Assembly (NCBI GenBank): GCA_002269645.1
Contig: NIVC01001103.1
Coordinates: forward strand, 62,001 to 126,000
Direction of reading: 5' to 3'
Source of the DNA: Macrostomum lignano
Taxonomy: Eukaryota
Length of the DNA: 64,000 bases
Position 1 is the first letter of the stretch. Every line of letters begins with the position of its first letter. Below are positions 60,208-64,000 of this stretch, piece by piece. Below the pieces are notes generated by a model. It was not told the DNA's origin and searched no databases. It saw nothing but the letters and a program-made list of their open reading frames with translations. The position numbers were made by a program, and so were the translations under genes.

Positions 60208-61033
60208 AAGTTTACAGGACTCCAGGAAAGATCTGAATTTTCACCCATGAATAGACTTGATAAGAAAAAATTTTCAACAAAAAGATGACAATTACAAGTG
60301 GGAATGATGGGGGCGCCACGGCGCGGGATTGAAAGCTTTTGAGAGCTTCAAACAGAGCGGGAAGCACAAAGAAGCCACACACGGGGGCCTAGTTACTACA
60401 GTATCCCAAACCCCACTATGAATTGAATTGACTGCTGAGCAGTCTGCCACAGCTGGCTTCCCAGCTACCTGTCAGACAGTTCCTCAGTGAGGTATCCCGC
60501 TGGGCACTTGAATAATTTAGAGAATTTTGCACAGATCAACCACCCGCCCTAGCAGTAGCTACACTGACTTACTGTGACATCCGACTCAAGCTGGAGGACC
60601 ACCACCCAGCCCCTCCAGTCTCACCCTCCTGCCTTCATCTGAGCATGTTGCCATGCGGGTAGAACAGATGCCCAACCCTTATATGAAACACATATGAAAC
60701 ATATTAAACACAAGCCCGCAGCGGCAACAGGCAGCTGAAAGCAGCCAGTTTATCCAGCACCCCTATAGCTCCCAGCAGAAATAACTTAACAGAATGGCCA
60801 ATCAACTGCCTCATCGTTAAACTTGAGTCGACCAGCAGCCCATAGCCTCGCTGAAAAATGCATTAGCATACGCTCGTATTTACAGGTATTTTTTAGAACT
60901 AAATTCTGGATTATGCAGTATGCGTCAATACATGTAAATAAAGTAATATTTGCTGTGATTGTACCATAGACTACGTGACTGAAAAATTCCAGCTCTCAGC
61001 GACTTCCAGTTCAACTAGAAAATGAGGTACATA

Positions 61034-62006
61034 CTAGCAATCTACGCCCCCCGTTGGGGAGCAAATAAAGAATGTAATAATTTTAATAGTGATGTAATGT
61101 AGCAAGTAATCCCCCAGATAGCAAGCATCCCCCAAACAGCAGGCATTCCTCAGACAGCAAGCATCCTCAAGACAGCAAGCATCGCCCAGACAGGAAGCAT
61201 TCCCCCAGACAGGAAGCATTCCCCAGATAGCAAGCAATCCTCCAGACAGCAAGCATTCCCCAGACAGCAAGCATCCCCCAGATAGCAAGCATCGCCCAGA
61301 CAGCAAGCATCCCCCAGACAGCAAGCATCCCCCAGACAGCAAGCATCCCCCAGATAGCAAGCATCCCCCAGACAGGAAGCATTCCCCAGACAGCAAGCAT
61401 CTCCCAGACAGCAAGCATCCCCCAGACAGCAAGCATCACTCAGACAGCAAGCATTCTTCAGACAGCAAGCATCCTCAAGACAGCAAGCATTCCCCAGACA
61501 GCAAGCATCCCCCAGATAGCAAGCATCGCCCAGACAGCAAGCATCACTCAGACAGCAAGCATTCTTCAGACAGCAAGCATCCTCAAGACAGCAAGCATTC
61601 CCCAGACAGCAAGCATCCCCCAGATAGCAAGCATCGCCCAGACAGCAAGCATCACACAGACAGCAAGCATCCCCCAGATAGCAAGCATCGCCCAAACAGG
61701 AAGGATTCCCCCAGACAGGAAGCATTCCCCAGACAGCAAGCATCCCCCAGATAGCAAGCATTCCTCATACAGTAAGCTATCCCCCAGACAGCAAGCATCC
61801 CCCAGACAGCTATGGAAAAAACCTGTTTTTCACCTTTTACAGGTACTTAACATTGATCAAAACATACCAAAAACTAATCATACCATCTCTGATAATTTCC
61901 TACAAGTTTCCTACAAGATTTTACACACCGGTCAAAAAATGGAGAAAATTGGTCAAACGGTTTGCTTTTAAACGTGTCGAACACACACACACTCACGTTT
62001 AGTATA
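61034..62006 (-). mobile_element. Non-autonomous Helitron-like element containing an 18-19-bp array
   Basis: On the minus strand the 3' end is a hairpin GCTCCCC-AAC-GGGGGGC (61046-61062), then CTAG followed by host T. The 5' end A|TATACTAAA precedes a (GT)n tract (canonical TC not seen). Internal (CAGACAGCAAGCATCCCC)n at 61105-61810. Confidence 0.6.
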
Positions 62007-62233
62007 TCTATACCATGCAATTTCCTGGTACTGGAACACTGTCAATAGATTGCGAAAAACTTTGAAGTCCGACTGACACGTCTTTGCAGTCTGGACCGAT
62101 TGCAAACATCACCGAGAACGGTGACAGGCGTTCTCAGTCAGTCTCACTATGAGAAAAAATCCACTTCCGGCCCAATCTTCTTGGAGCCCAATTATTCTTA
62201 TCCAGAAAAGTATAAATGATATAGTAAAATTGG

Positions 62234-63049
62234 TTGCTAGGGGAAGAATCGCGAGGAAAAACGCAGGGCTTTACACACCGCACATGGATCCCGTGTTCCC
62301 GTGATCCCGCGGCGTTGGCACGCGATTTTCGATGCACCAGCCAAATTCCACTGAGAGTCTGCGCATTGAGTCTCATGGTCTGCATCGGTTTGGTTCCCGA
62401 CAGGATCCAGATAGTCTCATTGTTTGACAGGGGCGCGGGACTCCGAATTCTGGATTACGCAACTGGCACGCTCTACATTATAACAATAATGAAAATAGTT
62501 TACGATTGGCTGCTGGTTATAAAAACTTTGGCTCTGCTTTGGAATATTGTTGGCATATTTTTCTTCTTTATGGCCATCATCTTCTTGGTTATCGGCCTGT
62601 TCTGCTGGCTCATCACGCTCATCGTGCCGTGCGAAATTGCCTTCGACCGCGAGATGTTCGCCAATCCGTCTTACGGCCTGTTGAACTTCTACCTGATGGT
62701 CAGCCACGGCGGCCTGTCCCGAGAATCCGCGCAGTCTCTGGGCGTCTTCTACCTGGTGACGCACGCCCTCATCGCACTGTTCTGCTTCAATTTTCTAGTC
62801 GCCTTAATGTCGGAGCGATTGTCAACCGCGTCGCGAGATCTGCCTTACATCTGCGCCTCCTACAAGCTGTACATTTACCACGTCTACATGCTGTGCATTG
62901 CCTTCGTGAGCCGGCTGGTGCAGTGTAAGAGAAAAATAACTACTGCGAAAGACAACAGTCCGCTTCAGTTCTGCAGAATTTTGGAGCCACAACTCAGATT
63001 CACCGACTTAAAGGGAGCACGACAATCCACTGCCAGCTATTTAGGTTAG
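62234..63049 (+). pseudogene. TRPV-like paralogue 4: in-frame internally deleted duplicate of paralogue 3
   Basis: Near-identical to 47997-48055 joined to 49314-50054, with a 16-bp filler at 62293-62308. Confidence 0.75.
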
Positions 63050-63899
63050 GGTTAGAGTATAGTTTAAGTTAGGCTTCTGTTAGGGTAGATTACGGTTAGG
63101 GTTAAATTAGGTTAGGGTTTAGGTTAAGGTTAGATTCGACAGTTACTTTCAACATCTTAGCTACGATACTTTATTCAGAGCTATACAAAGTTCTCTATAC
63201 CCCTATTTGAAACCGTTTTAGTCTATCAAAACGTTTCAGTTGTTCTGGAAGTTGTTTTTCTGTTTTCTGTTTATGACTGTCCTAATATCCTGTAATAATG
63301 ATTACGAGTATGCTATCCTCTGCTAGATAAGGATCGTGTTTTCGTATTCTCTTTGAAAAACAGCATTCCGCTTTGGAACATTTTGCTGAGTCATGACCAC
63401 TACAATTATTGTTTTTTTTACTTCAAGCGCGAGCTTCAATAGAGAAGTATTAAGTATAAGGAATAAAATAGCCGCCTTGAGTGCAAGAACTGCAAAAACA
63501 GCTGATAAAGTCGAAGCAAACTTAGCTGCTTTACCTTCCGCAACACTGCGGGCGGGCGAGCTTACTTGAACTCAACAACACGAGCTGCAATAATATTTAC
63601 GATGCATGGCTGGGCTTAACAAAGATTGTAAACCATGTCTTTTGAGATAATATTAGTCATAATGTAAACTCTCAGCTTTAATAAAATATTGCTTTTCGGG
63701 GCATGTTCTATTTTTATACTTGTCGTAAGCGCTTCTTTTTAAGGATGCACCTGAGGCCAGATAACTACAAGAGACGCAATAAAACAGATAAAAATCTCAA
63801 AAAATCACGCGCCTTTGCACACACTGGTCTATAAAAGTAATAAAATTTTTGAATTAGGGAAATCATGCAATTACAACGTGAGCAGTGCAAGCAGCAAAA

Positions 63900-64000
63900 A
63901 TGCACGACACAGAGCTTCATCAAGCTTGCGACAACGGCGACAGTGGGGCCGTAGAGCGACTGCTGAAGTCTGGCGCCGATCCGGACGCTCGGAACGCGTC
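63900..64000 (+). CDS. Start of second ANK-cGLR copy (runs off window)
   Basis: ATGCACGACACAGAGCTTCATCAAGC.. nearly identical to 50923-51023. Confidence 0.75.
   Translation, partial: MHDTELHQACDNGDSGAVERLLKSGADPDARNA

Overview
Eukaryotic, intron-containing animal DNA. GC-rich coding islands with poly-GGC tracts lie in AT-rich DNA that is roughly 20-25% minisatellite. The style resembles a free-living flatworm such as Macrostomum, but this is inference only. Conserved genes: TOP3A (+, 11.8-17.8 kb, interrupted by an N-gap and probable consensus frameshifts) and a ZCCHC14/ZCCHC2-like PX/SAM gene (-, 34.6-45.5 kb). The accessory content is the highlight. There are four intronless divergent TRPV-like channel genes: three share a near-identical ~0.7 kb N-terminal cassette on diverged pore modules, one of these three has a nonsense codon, and the fourth lacks the cassette through an in-frame deletion. 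There is also an intact 4-exon ankyrin-repeat + Mab-21/cGAS-like receptor (cGLR) gene with a complete catalytic motif. The channel gene and the start of the ANK-cGLR gene are duplicated together as a unit whose breakpoint abuts a Helitron-like element. Mobile DNA includes an RTE-like LINE with a twin-priming-type 5' inversion and 9-bp TSD, two CORE-type tRNA SINE copies, hAT-like MITEs, a foldback element and a Crypton-like recombinase remnant. No CRISPR, rRNA or complete tRNA gene was found.
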